From positions 160,001-224,000 of the forward strand of contig CAVYJM010000006.1 in the NCBI GenBank assembly GCA_963768855.1: 64,000 nt of DNA, given 5' to 3'. A program made the position numbers and the translations under genes. Under the pieces are notes generated by a model. That model did not search any database. It was given only the letters and a program-made list of their open reading frames with translations, and was not told the DNA's origin. This stretch comes from an uncultured Thermoplasmata archaeon (GTDB taxonomy: Archaea; Thermoplasmatota; Thermoplasmata; RBG-16-68-12). This document shows, piece by piece, positions 35,528 through 45,193 of the stretch. The number at the start of each line of letters is the position of its first letter. The stretch's first letter is position 1.

Positions 35528-36325
35528 GTGGACACCCAGGAACTCCTGCGGGCCTGCCTGAGCTTCGAGCGGACTTGGGCGGAGACCGGGTCCGTCGTCC
35601 GGAAGACGCCGTATGGGGTCACGGTCCGGAACGACCGCTTCCCCCGGATCTACATGGCGAACCTGGCCTGGGTCGAGCGCCTCCCGAGCGGCGGGGTCGA
35701 CGAGGTCCTCGCGGACCTCGAGGAGGCCTTCCAAGGCAGCTCGGTGCGCCACCGCAACGTCGTGTTCGAGGATGCCCAGGTGGCCTTCGAGAACCAGGAA
35801 GCCTTCGCCTCCCGCGGCTTCCAGCCGCTCGCGGAGCTCGCCATGGCGCGCCTCGGCCTTCCCGCCTGCGTGACGAACCCGGACGTGGAGGTCCGCGAGG
35901 TGGGCCACGCCGCGCCGGAGGACGACTACCGCCGGCTGCGGATGCGAGTGTTCGAGGGCCTCGAGTATGCTCCGGACGAATCCGAGCAGCTGTACGCGAT
36001 CGCCCGCGACCACGCCGGCCTCCACGGCGAGCGGCACTACGTCGGGTACGTCGAAGGGACCCCCGCCGCGACGATCTCCCTCTGGGCGCGCGGGCGGTTC
36101 GCCTGCATCGGCGACGTGGCCACGATGCCCGAGTTCCGGAACCGCGGCGTCGCCCGGACGCTCGTGTTCGACGTCTCGAAGCGCGCCCTCGCGGCCGGAT
36201 GCGAGTACAGCGTGCTGTTCGCGGACCTCTTCGACTCGCCCCAGGCCATGTACAAGACGCTCGGCTACCAGCCCGTCGGCGAGGTGCGGAGCTTCCTGAG
36301 GGTGGCGCCTCCCGCCCCGGCGTGA
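35528..36325 (+). CDS. GNAT family N-acetyltransferase
   Basis: VATMPEFRNRGVA, MYKTLGY. Confidence 0.85.
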   Translation: MDTQELLRACLSFERTWAETGSVVRKTPYGVTVRNDRFPRIYMANLAWVERLPSGGVDEVLADLEEAFQGSSVRHRNVVFEDAQVAFENQEAFASRGFQPLAELAMARLGLPACVTNPDVEVREVGHAAPEDDYRRLRMRVFEGLEYAPDESEQLYAIARDHAGLHGERHYVGYVEGTPAATISLWARGRFACIGDVATMPEFRNRGVARTLVFDVSKRALAAGCEYSVLFADLFDSPQAMYKTLGYQPVGEVRSFLRVAPPAPA

Positions 36326-36368
36326 GGCCGCGCGAAGCTTCAAGGGACGGAGCGACGGTGGGTGTTCC

Positions 36369-37160
36369 ATGGACCTTGGACTGAAGAGCAAGGTCGCCCT
36401 CGTGGCCGCCGCGAGCCAGGGAATGGGTCGGGCCGTCGCCCTCAACCTCGCGAGGGAGGGCTGCCAGGTCGCGATCTGCGCCCGGAACGCCGGGCCGCTC
36501 AAGGAGGCCGCTCGGGCGATCCACGACGAGACGGGCGCCGACGTCCTGAGCGTCGCGGCGGACGTCTCGAAGCTGGCCGACGCGACCGCGTTCGTGGACA
36601 AGGCGCGGGCCGCCTTCGGGGGCGTTGACATCCTCGTCGTGAACGCGGGCGGGCCGCCCACGGGACGGTTCGAGACCCTCACGGAGGAGCAGTGGGCGAA
36701 GGCCTACGACCTCACGTTGATGAGCGCCGTCCGGCTCATCCGGGCGACGGTCCCGGCGATGCGTCCCCGGGGAGGTGGCTCGATCGTGGCGATCACATCC
36801 CTGACCGTGAAGCAGCCCCTGGACAACCTCCTCCTGTCGAACGCGATGCGGGCCGCGGTGATCGGCCTCGTGAAGACACTCTCCCGCGAGCTCGGCCCCG
36901 ACAAGATCCGCGTGAACGCGGTCGCGCCCGGGTTCGTGGCCACGGAGCGCCTCCTCGAGATCCAGCGGGTCCGCGCCGAGCACGAGAAGCGGGTCCTCGA
37001 GGACGTCCAGACGGAGGAGACTCGCGCGATCCCCCTGGGCCGATACGGCCGTCCGGAGGAGGTCGCGGACCTAGTGACCTACCTCGTCTCGGACCGCGCG
37101 TCCTACGTCACGGGGAACGTCATCCAGGTGGATGGCGGGATGTACCGCGGCGTGCACTGA
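36369..37160 (+). CDS. SDR family oxidoreductase
   Basis: MDLGL.SKVALV.AASQGMG, NAGGPP, SNAMR, VNAVAPG, VDGG. Confidence 0.93.
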   Translation: MDLGLKSKVALVAAASQGMGRAVALNLAREGCQVAICARNAGPLKEAARAIHDETGADVLSVAADVSKLADATAFVDKARAAFGGVDILVVNAGGPPTGRFETLTEEQWAKAYDLTLMSAVRLIRATVPAMRPRGGGSIVAITSLTVKQPLDNLLLSNAMRAAVIGLVKTLSRELGPDKIRVNAVAPGFVATERLLEIQRVRAEHEKRVLEDVQTEETRAIPLGRYGRPEEVADLVTYLVSDRASYVTGNVIQVDGGMYRGVH

Positions 37161-37188
37161 CGCCCCGGTCACCCCGCGCCGTGTTCGT

Positions 37189-38196
37189 TCAATTCTCGAC
37201 GGTGACCGTCCCGACCATGCCCATCATGTCGTGGAGCCCGCAGATGTACGAGTAGGTCCCCGCCGCCGTGAAGGTCACGTTGAACATGTTGCCCCACGGA
37301 AGGAAGGACAGCAGGAATCCCGAGCTCAGGTTGAACGAGCCGTCGTAGGACGTGGCGCTGTCGAACGGGAAGCTCCGGTTCGCCGGGGCGACGAGTCCCG
37401 CGTCCCCGCCCAGGGGTTCGGCCCCGAAGGTCACGGTGTGGGGGGTGAACGGGTCTCGGTTCACGAAGTGGACCGTATCCCCCACGTGGACCGTCAGGTC
37501 GGAGGAGAAGAACCGCATGACCGTGGACACGCCGTTGCCGCCGCCGACCGCGACCTCGATGCCAGTGCCCCCGATGTCAGCCGCCGTCGCCGCAGCCTCG
37601 ATGGAAGCCTCTTCGATGTCCCGGGCATGGGCGATGTCGACGGTCATCCGGGCGTGGGCCTGCTTCTGGTACTGTGCGTCCGTCTTGGGCAGCTTCTGGG
37701 CGTCGGGGACGACCGTGATCGTCCCGTTCATCAGCGGATGGAGGGCGCATTGGACCGTGTACGTGCCAGGCCCGACGTCCATCGTGACGGCGATGCTGTT
37801 GCCGAAGGGCCCTTCGGGGACCAGGATTCCGGAGTTCACGATTCCTGTGTTGTCGAACGTGGCCGTTCCAGGCCCCGTGAGGTTCTGCGGCGCGAAGAAC
37901 GCGAACGGGTCGGCGACCGGGCCGGTGAGACCGAAGGTGACCGTGTGAGGCTCGATGAGGTTGTTCGTGAACACAATCACGTCGCCCCGGTGGACCGTGA
38001 TGGCGTTCGGGTAGTACGCCATCCCCATCAGGGACATGTCCGCGTTGGCCGCTCCCAGGGTCACGTGGAAGGTGGCCGGCGGGGCCGCCCGGCTGGACGG
38101 CAACGCCGCAACCCCCGTAAACGCCAGGGCGAGGACAAGCAGCGCGATCACACTACGAGCACCGAATCTGAAGGTTCTGCGACTCACAAAATTCAC
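37189..38196 (-). CDS. Secreted two-domain cupredoxin
   Basis: Signal peptide; two PHTVTFG plus CALHPLM and CGLHDMMGM type-1 Cu sites. Confidence 0.88.
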   Translation of the reverse strand: MNFVSRRTFRFGARSVIALLVLALAFTGVAALPSSRAAPPATFHVTLGAANADMSLMGMAYYPNAITVHRGDVIVFTNNLIEPHTVTFGLTGPVADPFAFFAPQNLTGPGTATFDNTGIVNSGILVPEGPFGNSIAVTMDVGPGTYTVQCALHPLMNGTITVVPDAQKLPKTDAQYQKQAHARMTVDIAHARDIEEASIEAAATAADIGGTGIEVAVGGGNGVSTVMRFFSSDLTVHVGDTVHFVNRDPFTPHTVTFGAEPLGGDAGLVAPANRSFPFDSATSYDGSFNLSSGFLLSFLPWGNMFNVTFTAAGTYSYICGLHDMMGMVGTVTVEN

Positions 38197-38228
38197 TCCG
38201 AACGTTATGGCCTAGGGCCCCCCTAGAT

Positions 38229-38242
38229 TTCGGTTGGACTAA
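38229..38242. promoter_or_regulatory. Candidate DtxR-family operator TTCGG-TTGG-ACTAA
   Basis: One half-site mismatch to the box at 56787; overlaps the cupredoxin TATA-like TTTTAGT. Confidence 0.4.
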
Positions 38243-38324
38243 AAGCATGTGGTACATTTTTTGACCTCACGTCGATTTCCGGCCCGGCCCGTCGAGCCCG
38301 CGACGCGCGGTCGCTGACGGCGAT

Positions 38325-38657
38325 TCAGGCCTGCCGCTTCGGCTGCTTCGTCGGTGCGTTGGAGCAGGACCAGCAGGTGTGGCGGGTCGAGCCGTTCCAG
38401 GCACCGCATCGTCCGCAGCGCCACGTGTCGGCGGCCATGGGCCCCATCTCGGGGAAGAAGCGGTTCACGGAGATCGCCGCGCCGCAGTCCCAGCAGACCG
38501 TGCGCTCGGCCTCGTTCATGAGGTCGCAGTGGGGGCAATCCCAGCTCGGGGCGACGTTCCCGCCGAGCCTCTTCCTCCGGAAGCGCCAGTCGAGCGTGGT
38601 GAAGGCAAACGTGGCGAGGAACAGGAAGAGGAGTGCGGTCGGGAGAAGGTCGTCCAC
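38325..38657 (-). CDS. Single-TM protein with double zinc ribbon
   Basis: CPHC, CWDC, CGRC, CWSC. Confidence 0.8.
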   Translation of the reverse strand: MDDLLPTALLFLFLATFAFTTLDWRFRRKRLGGNVAPSWDCPHCDLMNEAERTVCWDCGAAISVNRFFPEMGPMAADTWRCGRCGAWNGSTRHTCWSCSNAPTKQPKRQA

Positions 38658-38737
38658 GACGGTCTCGATGCGGGGACGCGGGGCATATAGCCTGTGCAGT
38701 GGAAATCAGGTCCGATATTTGTTGTGTCGCGCGAGGC

Positions 38738-39361
38738 TCACTGGTTGAACGTCTCGACCTTCTCGTACGTCTGCTTGAGGTACTTGATCAGGATGTCGCG
38801 GTTCCGGCGGAGGTGGCTCTCGTACCAGACCTTGACGAGTTCGGCGAGGATCTTGTGCAGGTCGTCCAGGCTCACGCGGTCGATCGCGACGTCGTACAGG
38901 GTGTGGATCGTCCAGATCCGCTTCCAGCCGCTGTACTTGTAGTAGTGCTCCCCTTCGGAGTACTCGAACGCCATCTTGAGGTGGATTTTGCCCTCGACCT
39001 CGACGTAGTTGATCTTGACCGCGTCGCCGACACGGCCTTCGTCCATGGAGCGGTCGAGGAGCTGGACGGACTGCACCGCGGCGGGGTTGAAGCCGGGCCG
39101 CCACTTCCAGTCCCCCTCGGGGAACGTGTCCGTGAAGACACCCCAGTTGCTGTACGAGGGCTCCATCGTGAAGTGGACGTTGATCTTGTTGAACCGCTTC
39201 CAGACCTTCCAGAAATCCTCGATGAGCGCCCGGTTCAGCTCGAGGCGGACCTCGTTCTGCTCGCCGACGTCCTCGATGATCTCCTTCGTCTTCTTCTCAA
39301 GTTCCGCGTCGAGGGATGAGAACCAGTCATCCCCCTTGTCCGCGGCCTTCTTCGCGGCCAT
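38738..39361 (-). CDS. Soluble hypothetical protein, about 207 aa
   Basis: Strong coding bias; no recognised motif. Confidence 0.8.
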   Translation of the reverse strand: MAAKKAADKGDDWFSSLDAELEKKTKEIIEDVGEQNEVRLELNRALIEDFWKVWKRFNKINVHFTMEPSYSNWGVFTDTFPEGDWKWRPGFNPAAVQSVQLLDRSMDEGRVGDAVKINYVEVEGKIHLKMAFEYSEGEHYYKYSGWKRIWTIHTLYDVAIDRVSLDDLHKILAELVKVWYESHLRRNRDILIKYLKQTYEKVETFNQ

Positions 39362-39426
39362 GGCCAAGTCCCTTCTCACCGACAGCGAATCAAGTCAAGT
39401 GTTATATAGGTTCTCGTGTCGAACGC

Positions 39427-40248
39427 TCACTCCTCCGACGACAGGTGCATGCAGGCGTAGAAGATCCGGAAGGCCGCCCGGAAGTCCTCGGCCGAGAACT
39501 CGACCCGGGTGCCGCCGACCCGGGTCACGAGCGGCTCGAGCTCCGCGCGGTCTGCGGCCTCCGTCCCCTTGAAGTCGATGGCCATGGCCACGGGCTTCGC
39601 CGCGACCAGCGGCTCGATCTCCGCGGCCTCCCGCACGGCCTTCTCGGCCTCGGTCCGAATCCGGTCGCACGCTCTGCGAGGATGGAGGTGCTTCGCTGCG
39701 TGCGTGTTGATCGCCTCCTTGACCGCGACCGTGTGCACACCGCGCAGGAGGGCCTGCGCCTCCGCGGCCAACGAGGTGTCTCCGGTAACCAGGACGACCG
39801 GCACGCCGAACTCGCCCGCCACGTAGGCGTTCAGCCCGGTCTCGCCGACCGCGCGGCCGTTTACCTCGACGCTCCGGATTCGTCCGGTGAAGGTGTGGTC
39901 GATGATCGCGCGGGGTGTGCCCGCCATCGCGTGGTAGCCGACGAACAGGGCGGCGTCGAACGAGCCGTCGAGGTCCTGGACCATGGAGAATGGGCGCGGG
40001 CTGCCGCGTAGCAGGGTGGCGGCCTCGTGCAACTCCTCCGGGATCAGGTTGTCGAAGTTCCAGTGGGAGTCTGCGACGAGGACCTCAGTCGCCCCCGCCT
40101 TGAGGGCGCCTTCGATTGCGGCGTTCGCTTCCGCGGTCATCCGGTGGCAGTTTGCCTGGTAGGCCTCGCCACCGTTCTCGGGATCTGTTTCCTTCTCGCC
40201 GACGACGCCGCAGATTCCCTCCATGTCCACGGAAAGGAAGACCTTCAA
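39427..40248 (-). CDS. dppA: M55 family D-aminopeptidase
   Basis: SVDMEG, DSH, GYHA...HT, GETGLNA. Confidence 0.92.
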   Translation of the reverse strand: MKVFLSVDMEGICGVVGEKETDPENGGEAYQANCHRMTAEANAAIEGALKAGATEVLVADSHWNFDNLIPEELHEAATLLRGSPRPFSMVQDLDGSFDAALFVGYHAMAGTPRAIIDHTFTGRIRSVEVNGRAVGETGLNAYVAGEFGVPVVLVTGDTSLAAEAQALLRGVHTVAVKEAINTHAAKHLHPRRACDRIRTEAEKAVREAAEIEPLVAAKPVAMAIDFKGTEAADRAELEPLVTRVGGTRVEFSAEDFRAAFRIFYACMHLSSEE

Positions 40249-40415
40249 CCCATGTGCCCCCAGACCCCGAGAAGGAATGCATCGCCTTAACGATTCGTGA
40301 GGTGCGTGTGTCGCCGCGGACGTGCGGATTCCCCGCCACACATTTATGAACTGATGGTTCATGGGAAGGCTCACGTGAAATGGGGTCTGCCCCCCGGAGG
40401 AGTTAGACCCTGACC

Positions 40416-40463
40416 ATGGCGAAGAAGGCTGCGAAGAAGACGAAGAAGGGCAAGCACAACTAA
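40416..40463 (+). CDS. 15-aa Lys-rich micro-ORF (MAKKAAKKTKKGKHN)
   Basis: Not in the ORF track. TTTATGAA box at 40343, GGAGGAG at about 40396, in-frame upstream stop, AAG-only Lys codons. Confidence 0.45.
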   Translation: MAKKAAKKTKKGKHN

Positions 40464-40496
40464 TCGCGCTTGCGCCTCCGATGTTGTGGAGGTCTC

Positions 40497-42374
40497 TCAG
40501 TTCTTTTCTTTCTTTTCTTCCTGAATTCTCTTCTGTAGCCGTGTGCGGACGACGTCGCTCACGACCTTCCCGTCCGCGCGCCCCCGGAGCTTCTCCATGG
40601 CGCGGCCCATGATCCCCTTCTCCGCGGCGGCTCCGCGGGAGCGGATGAGGTCCTCCGAGGCGTCCAGGACCTCGTCGACCGTCCTCTCGACCTCCTCGCG
40701 ACCGAGCCCCTGGACGCCGACCGCCTTCAGGGCGTCCGATGCGCGGCCCCCGGTCGTTGCCATGTGCCGCAGGAGATCCGGGATCGCCTCCTTGGCGAAC
40801 CGCCCCGCTTTCAGGAGGGAGAACAGCTCCCGCAGGTGGTCTTCCGGGATTCCGTCGACGTCCAGGCCTTCCCGCCGCAGCTCGGAATAGTGGTAGAGGA
40901 GGACCGTGGCCACGAGCGTGGCCTCGCCGAACTCCTTCGCGATGAGCTCGAAGAGGTCGTCGCTGCCTTCCTGCACGAGCTGTCGCGCCTGCTGCTCGTG
41001 GATCGCGTAGGCCTGCACGAGTCGCGGGACCTTCGCCTCGGGCCGCTCAGGGAGGTGCTCGCGGATCCGCTTCAGGCGGTCTTCGTGGACGCGCAGCGGC
41101 GGCACGTCCGTCTCCGGATACATGCGCGCTTTCCCGGGCAAGGGGCGGCTGTAGACCGAGGTCCCGTCGGGACGTGGATCGCGCGTCTCCTCAGGGACGC
41201 CCTGGACCGCGTAGCGTGCGCGGGGGAGCATCTCCTCGATCGCGTGGAGCCCCTTCGCCTCCTCGTCCGCCACCAGGACGAAGGCGTCGGCGTCCCCGAG
41301 CTTCAGCACCTTCCGGACCGCATCGACCTCCGCCTGGGTCACGCCGTAGGCGGGAAGCTCGTCCGAATGGAAGATGCCGCCGACCCCAGCGACCCGGGCA
41401 TGCGCCGCCAGTTCGGGCCCGAGCTTCCCTTTCAGGAGTCCCGCGAACTTCGGCAAGGGCCATCCGATCACCCTTCCCCCCTTCTTGAGGGCAGCCTGGA
41501 TGACCTTGGACAGGGAGGCAGTGAAGGCGGCGGTGAGGTCGACTCCCGCCTCGGGCACCGCCCCGCCGCCGCGCCGCGCGAGCTCCTTCGCGACATCGAT
41601 GAGCATGAGCTGCCGCTCCGCCTCCTTCTGCACGAACGTCTCGATGAGGCGCAGCTCCTGGACGCCCTTGATCTCGATGCGCGCCCCGCCGCGGATGGAA
41701 ATGTTGACGTCCTCGCGGATCGTGCCGATCCCACGGACCACCCGGCGCGTCGCGCGCAGGAGGGACCCGATCGCCAGGGCGACCTCACGCGCCTCTTCGG
41801 GGGTGGCGATGTCCGGGGTCGTGGAGACCTCTGCGAGCGGGATGCCGAGGCGGTCGAGGCGGTAGAAGATCTCGTCGACCTTCTCGCCCACCTTGCGGGC
41901 CGCGTCCTCCTCGAGGAGGATCGTCGGGACGCCGATCCGCTTCCCATTCACCTCGATCGCGCCGTCCATCGACACGAGGGCGGACCGCTGGAAGCCCGCC
42001 GTGTTCGAGCCGTCGATGACGATCTTGCGCATGAAGTCGACTTCCCGCACGGGCTTGGCGCCGAGCAGGAGGGAGATTTCCAGGGCGATGTCGAGGGCCT
42101 CCTCGTTCGGGTGGTGCGGCGGTTCCTCGTCCGCCTCGACGAGGCACGTGTTCGGTGTGGCCTCGTAGACGAATGTGAGATGGCGTCGCGCCTCCTCGAT
42201 CGCGGCGGCGTCCACTTCGCCGAGTTCGCTCTGCGTGGGCCGCAGACGGCGCTGGAACCGGATGCCGTCGTCCTCCTCGGAGAGGCGGGAGGCGCAGTTG
42301 CAGAACAGCTTGTGGGTGAGGAGCTGCTGGTGAATCTCGAGCCCGACCTTCAACCCCAGGGCCTTGTAGTCCAT
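40497..42374 (-). CDS. gatE: Glu-tRNA(Gln) amidotransferase subunit E
   Basis: GLEIHQQL, RRLRPTQSELGE.D.AA, DGSNTAGFQR, RPLPG.ARMYPETD. Confidence 0.97.
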   Translation of the reverse strand: MDYKALGLKVGLEIHQQLLTHKLFCNCASRLSEEDDGIRFQRRLRPTQSELGEVDAAAIEEARRHLTFVYEATPNTCLVEADEEPPHHPNEEALDIALEISLLLGAKPVREVDFMRKIVIDGSNTAGFQRSALVSMDGAIEVNGKRIGVPTILLEEDAARKVGEKVDEIFYRLDRLGIPLAEVSTTPDIATPEEAREVALAIGSLLRATRRVVRGIGTIREDVNISIRGGARIEIKGVQELRLIETFVQKEAERQLMLIDVAKELARRGGGAVPEAGVDLTAAFTASLSKVIQAALKKGGRVIGWPLPKFAGLLKGKLGPELAAHARVAGVGGIFHSDELPAYGVTQAEVDAVRKVLKLGDADAFVLVADEEAKGLHAIEEMLPRARYAVQGVPEETRDPRPDGTSVYSRPLPGKARMYPETDVPPLRVHEDRLKRIREHLPERPEAKVPRLVQAYAIHEQQARQLVQEGSDDLFELIAKEFGEATLVATVLLYHYSELRREGLDVDGIPEDHLRELFSLLKAGRFAKEAIPDLLRHMATTGGRASDALKAVGVQGLGREEVERTVDEVLDASEDLIRSRGAAAEKGIMGRAMEKLRGRADGKVVSDVVRTRLQKRIQEEKKEKN

Positions 42375-42448
42375 TTGCCTCGGAAAGGCCGGGGGGCTCG
42401 AATAAGGCTTTCGTGGTCCGCGTCCCGCGCGATTCCGCCCGTCGCCCC

Positions 42449-42841
42449 CTACGCCCCCTCGCCCGGTGGCCGCTCCAGCCTCGCCTCGAGCTCCTCGATG
42501 CGGGCCGCGGCGTTCTTCAGCTCGCCCCAGAGGATGTGGTGCCTCCGCGCCGCACGGTATTCGCGCAGGGCCTCGGGGTCCGCCGGCTCCGCCTCGCCGT
42601 CCGTGGACAGGATGTTCTTCACGTAGAATTCCCGGTCCAGCTCCGGGAGGGCGGACACGCGGCGGATCAGGTGCGCGGGATAGTCCGGCCGAAGCGTCGA
42701 CGCGTCGCGGAGGGCCATCATGATTGCATACTCGGCGCAGCAGTTCATGTCTCCCTGGGGAGGCTCATGGCTGCCGTGCGCCTTTCGGTGGGCCTCCACG
42801 AGCATGTCCCACACCTGACCGTACTCTTCGGGGACGGACAT
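42449..42841 (-). CDS. Hypothetical protein, about 130 aa
   Basis: Helical ORF between gatD and gatE containing AHRKAHGSH and NCCAEY. Confidence 0.65.
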   Translation of the reverse strand: MSVPEEYGQVWDMLVEAHRKAHGSHEPPQGDMNCCAEYAIMMALRDASTLRPDYPAHLIRRVSALPELDREFYVKNILSTDGEAEPADPEALREYRAARRHHILWGELKNAAARIEELEARLERPPGEGA

Positions 42842-42895
42842 CGATCTCGCCGTCCGAGACAACCGGACGGGGCGTATCAAGCTGCGCGGAAACAC

Positions 42896-43369
42896 TCAGG
42901 CCTGGCGCCGGCGGTCCTCGGGCTTGTACGGGGACTCGAGCGTGCCCTCTTCCCGCATCTCCCGGTGCTCCTTCTCCTTCTTGAGCCATGCCAGCAGACG
43001 GGCGGCCGCGCCGAAGGGACGGAACTCGAAGATGACCTTCCCGTGCTCCGCGTCCTGCGTGTGGAGGAGCACGCGGCGCTTCTTATGGACGACGTCCGTG
43101 GCCTCCTCGAAGGGGATCTCGTGGTATCGCTTGCCCTTCTTCCCTCCAGGCAGGTCGAGCCACGCGTCGTCGAGGAGCAGGATCCGCTGCCGCGTCTGCC
43201 ACGCCCACCCGTGGCGGCGCTCGACCAGGGAGCGTTTCGTGAAGGCGCCCCCCTTGTAGATCTCGTAGTTCAGGGCGCGGAACCCGATGACCTGGTCCTT
43301 CTCCTTCAGGACGGGCTCGTTCGCCGCGGTCATGACGACGCCGACCTCTCCGACCTGGTCGATCTTCAT
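42896..43369 (-). CDS. Hypothetical protein, 157 aa
   Basis: Strong coding pattern, co-oriented with gatD/gatE. Confidence 0.75.
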   Translation of the reverse strand: MKIDQVGEVGVVMTAANEPVLKEKDQVIGFRALNYEIYKGGAFTKRSLVERRHGWAWQTRQRILLLDDAWLDLPGGKKGKRYHEIPFEEATDVVHKKRRVLLHTQDAEHGKVIFEFRPFGAAARLLAWLKKEKEHREMREEGTLESPYKPEDRRRQA

Positions 43370-43436
43370 CCGGGCCCGTTGCGCGTCAACCCCTGGCCGC
43401 GCATAAGCTTAACGAAAGGTCCCCGCGATCCTGGCG

Positions 43437-44741
43437 TCAGTCCGAGAACTCGTCGAGGCCGATGCGCGGGTTCAGCTCGCCCGCGAGGTTCGTCCCCATT
43501 GCCTTCGCCACGTCGGCGGGCTCGCGGGTGTGGCCCAGGACCCACATCAGCTTGACGTAGGCCACCTCCGGGAGCATGTCCTCGCCGCTGATGACCCCCG
43601 CCTTGATCAGGTCGCGGCCCGTGTCGTAGACGCGCATCGACACGCGTCCCTGGAGGGTCTGGGTCGTCATGACGATGGGGATGCCGTCCCGGGTCGCGCG
43701 GTGGACCGCCGGGATGAGGTCGTGGGCCGTGTGCCCCAATCCCGTTCCGGCGAGGACGACCCCGTGCGCCTCCTTCAGGCAGTTCTCGAGGGCCGCGGGC
43801 TTCATCCCCGGGAAGAAGTGGATCAGGGCGACGTCCAGGTCGAGCCGGCTGTCGACCTTCACGGGTCCCTTGGCCCGCGGCTGGACGGGCTCGGTGAACT
43901 CGACGGGTCCCTCGGGGCGGACCGTCCCCAGGGGTGTGGCGTTCATGGAGCGGAACGCATCGCGCCGCGAGGAGTGCATCTTCCGGACCTTCGTCCCGCG
44001 GTGGATCCAGTCATACGAGTCCGAGGTCTCGGCGTGCATGACCGCCACGACCTCCCCGAAGTCCGCGGTGGCCGTCCGCGCGCCGCAGATCAGGTTGGAG
44101 GCCGCATCGGAGGACGGTCGGTCCGAGGAGCGCTGGGATCCGACGACGACCACGGGCCCGGTCAGGTCGCGCAGCATGAACGACAGGGCCGCGGTCGTGA
44201 AGTGCAGCGTGTCCGTCCCGTGCGGGATGAGGATGCCCGCGGCGCCCGCGTTCAGCTCCTTCCCCGTCTCCTGCGCGAGGTGCTGCCAGTTCTCCGGCTT
44301 CAGGTCCTCGCTGTAAATGCTGTAGATCACCCGCGCCCGTACGTTGCAGACCTCGAGGAGCTCGGGGACACTGAAGACGAGCTCCTCTGCGGTGACCGCG
44401 GGGTGCACGGCCCCCGTGCGGTAGTCCACGTACGACGCAATCGTGCCCCCGGTTCCCAGGACCGCGATCGTGGGCTTCGCTTTCGAGGAAGGCGGGAGGT
44501 TCCGGTCCACCCCGTGGGCGGCGTGCTTCGCCGTGACCTCCACGGACTCGACGTCTTCCACGGCAATCCCGATGTTGTAACCGCTCCCCAGCTTGACCGT
44601 GAGGATGTCCTCGCCGCTGAAGCTCGTGTGGGGCATGAGGACGCCTTCAAAGGTCTCTCCACGAGCCTTCACGCGCAGCGCGTCGCCCTGGACCGCCTTG
44701 GCCTTCTCCAGGAGGGCGTGGATCCTCGGCGGGTACTCCAT
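43437..44741 (-). CDS. gatD: Glu-tRNA(Gln) amidotransferase subunit D
   Basis: KLGSGYNIG, GTGGTIAS..DY.TGAV, HGTDT, SQRSSDRPSSD, MHSSRRDAF. Confidence 0.97.
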   Translation of the reverse strand: MEYPPRIHALLEKAKAVQGDALRVKARGETFEGVLMPHTSFSGEDILTVKLGSGYNIGIAVEDVESVEVTAKHAAHGVDRNLPPSSKAKPTIAVLGTGGTIASYVDYRTGAVHPAVTAEELVFSVPELLEVCNVRARVIYSIYSEDLKPENWQHLAQETGKELNAGAAGILIPHGTDTLHFTTAALSFMLRDLTGPVVVVGSQRSSDRPSSDAASNLICGARTATADFGEVVAVMHAETSDSYDWIHRGTKVRKMHSSRRDAFRSMNATPLGTVRPEGPVEFTEPVQPRAKGPVKVDSRLDLDVALIHFFPGMKPAALENCLKEAHGVVLAGTGLGHTAHDLIPAVHRATRDGIPIVMTTQTLQGRVSMRVYDTGRDLIKAGVISGEDMLPEVAYVKLMWVLGHTREPADVAKAMGTNLAGELNPRIGLDEFSD

Positions 44742-44804
44742 CGGGCCACGGAACGGGGTCACCCGATAAGGGCTTTGTGGAGCGAGGGCCATTCCCGCCC
44801 CGCG

Positions 44805-45056
44805 ATGCGGACCGCCCGGGACGTCCTCAACGAACTGCGCTGGAGGAAGGGCCGCAGCCTCAAGCGGGCTGAGATCTGGGTCGCGGACCGGACCTCGCCG
44901 GAGGGCGGTCGCGTCCTCTCCGGCGCCGAGATCACGGAGCTGGGTCACCGTTACTTCTCGACGGTCCGAGCCACGATCCCCTTCTACAAGATCGTGAAGA
45001 TCACGTGCGGGGGCGAGGTGCTCTTCGAACGTCCCGTACCCCACGCGCGTCCGTGA
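44805..45056 (+). CDS. DUF504/MJ1316 RNA cyclic-phosphate end-recognition domain protein
   Basis: MRTARDVLNELRW, DR.S.EG, IPFYKI..I. Confidence 0.75.
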   Translation: MRTARDVLNELRWRKGRSLKRAEIWVADRTSPEGGRVLSGAEITELGHRYFSTVRATIPFYKIVKITCGGEVLFERPVPHARP

Positions 45057-45193
45057 ACGGATGACAGGCGGATCGGCTTGGCCGGAGGCCGCCACGTCGT
45101 TGCGCCATCGAGCTGCAAGGCAACCTTGTTTAAGGTTGACTTGGAGCGGGCCCAACCCTTTTCGCGCGGCCCGGCATCTCGCCCGTGGTCCCC

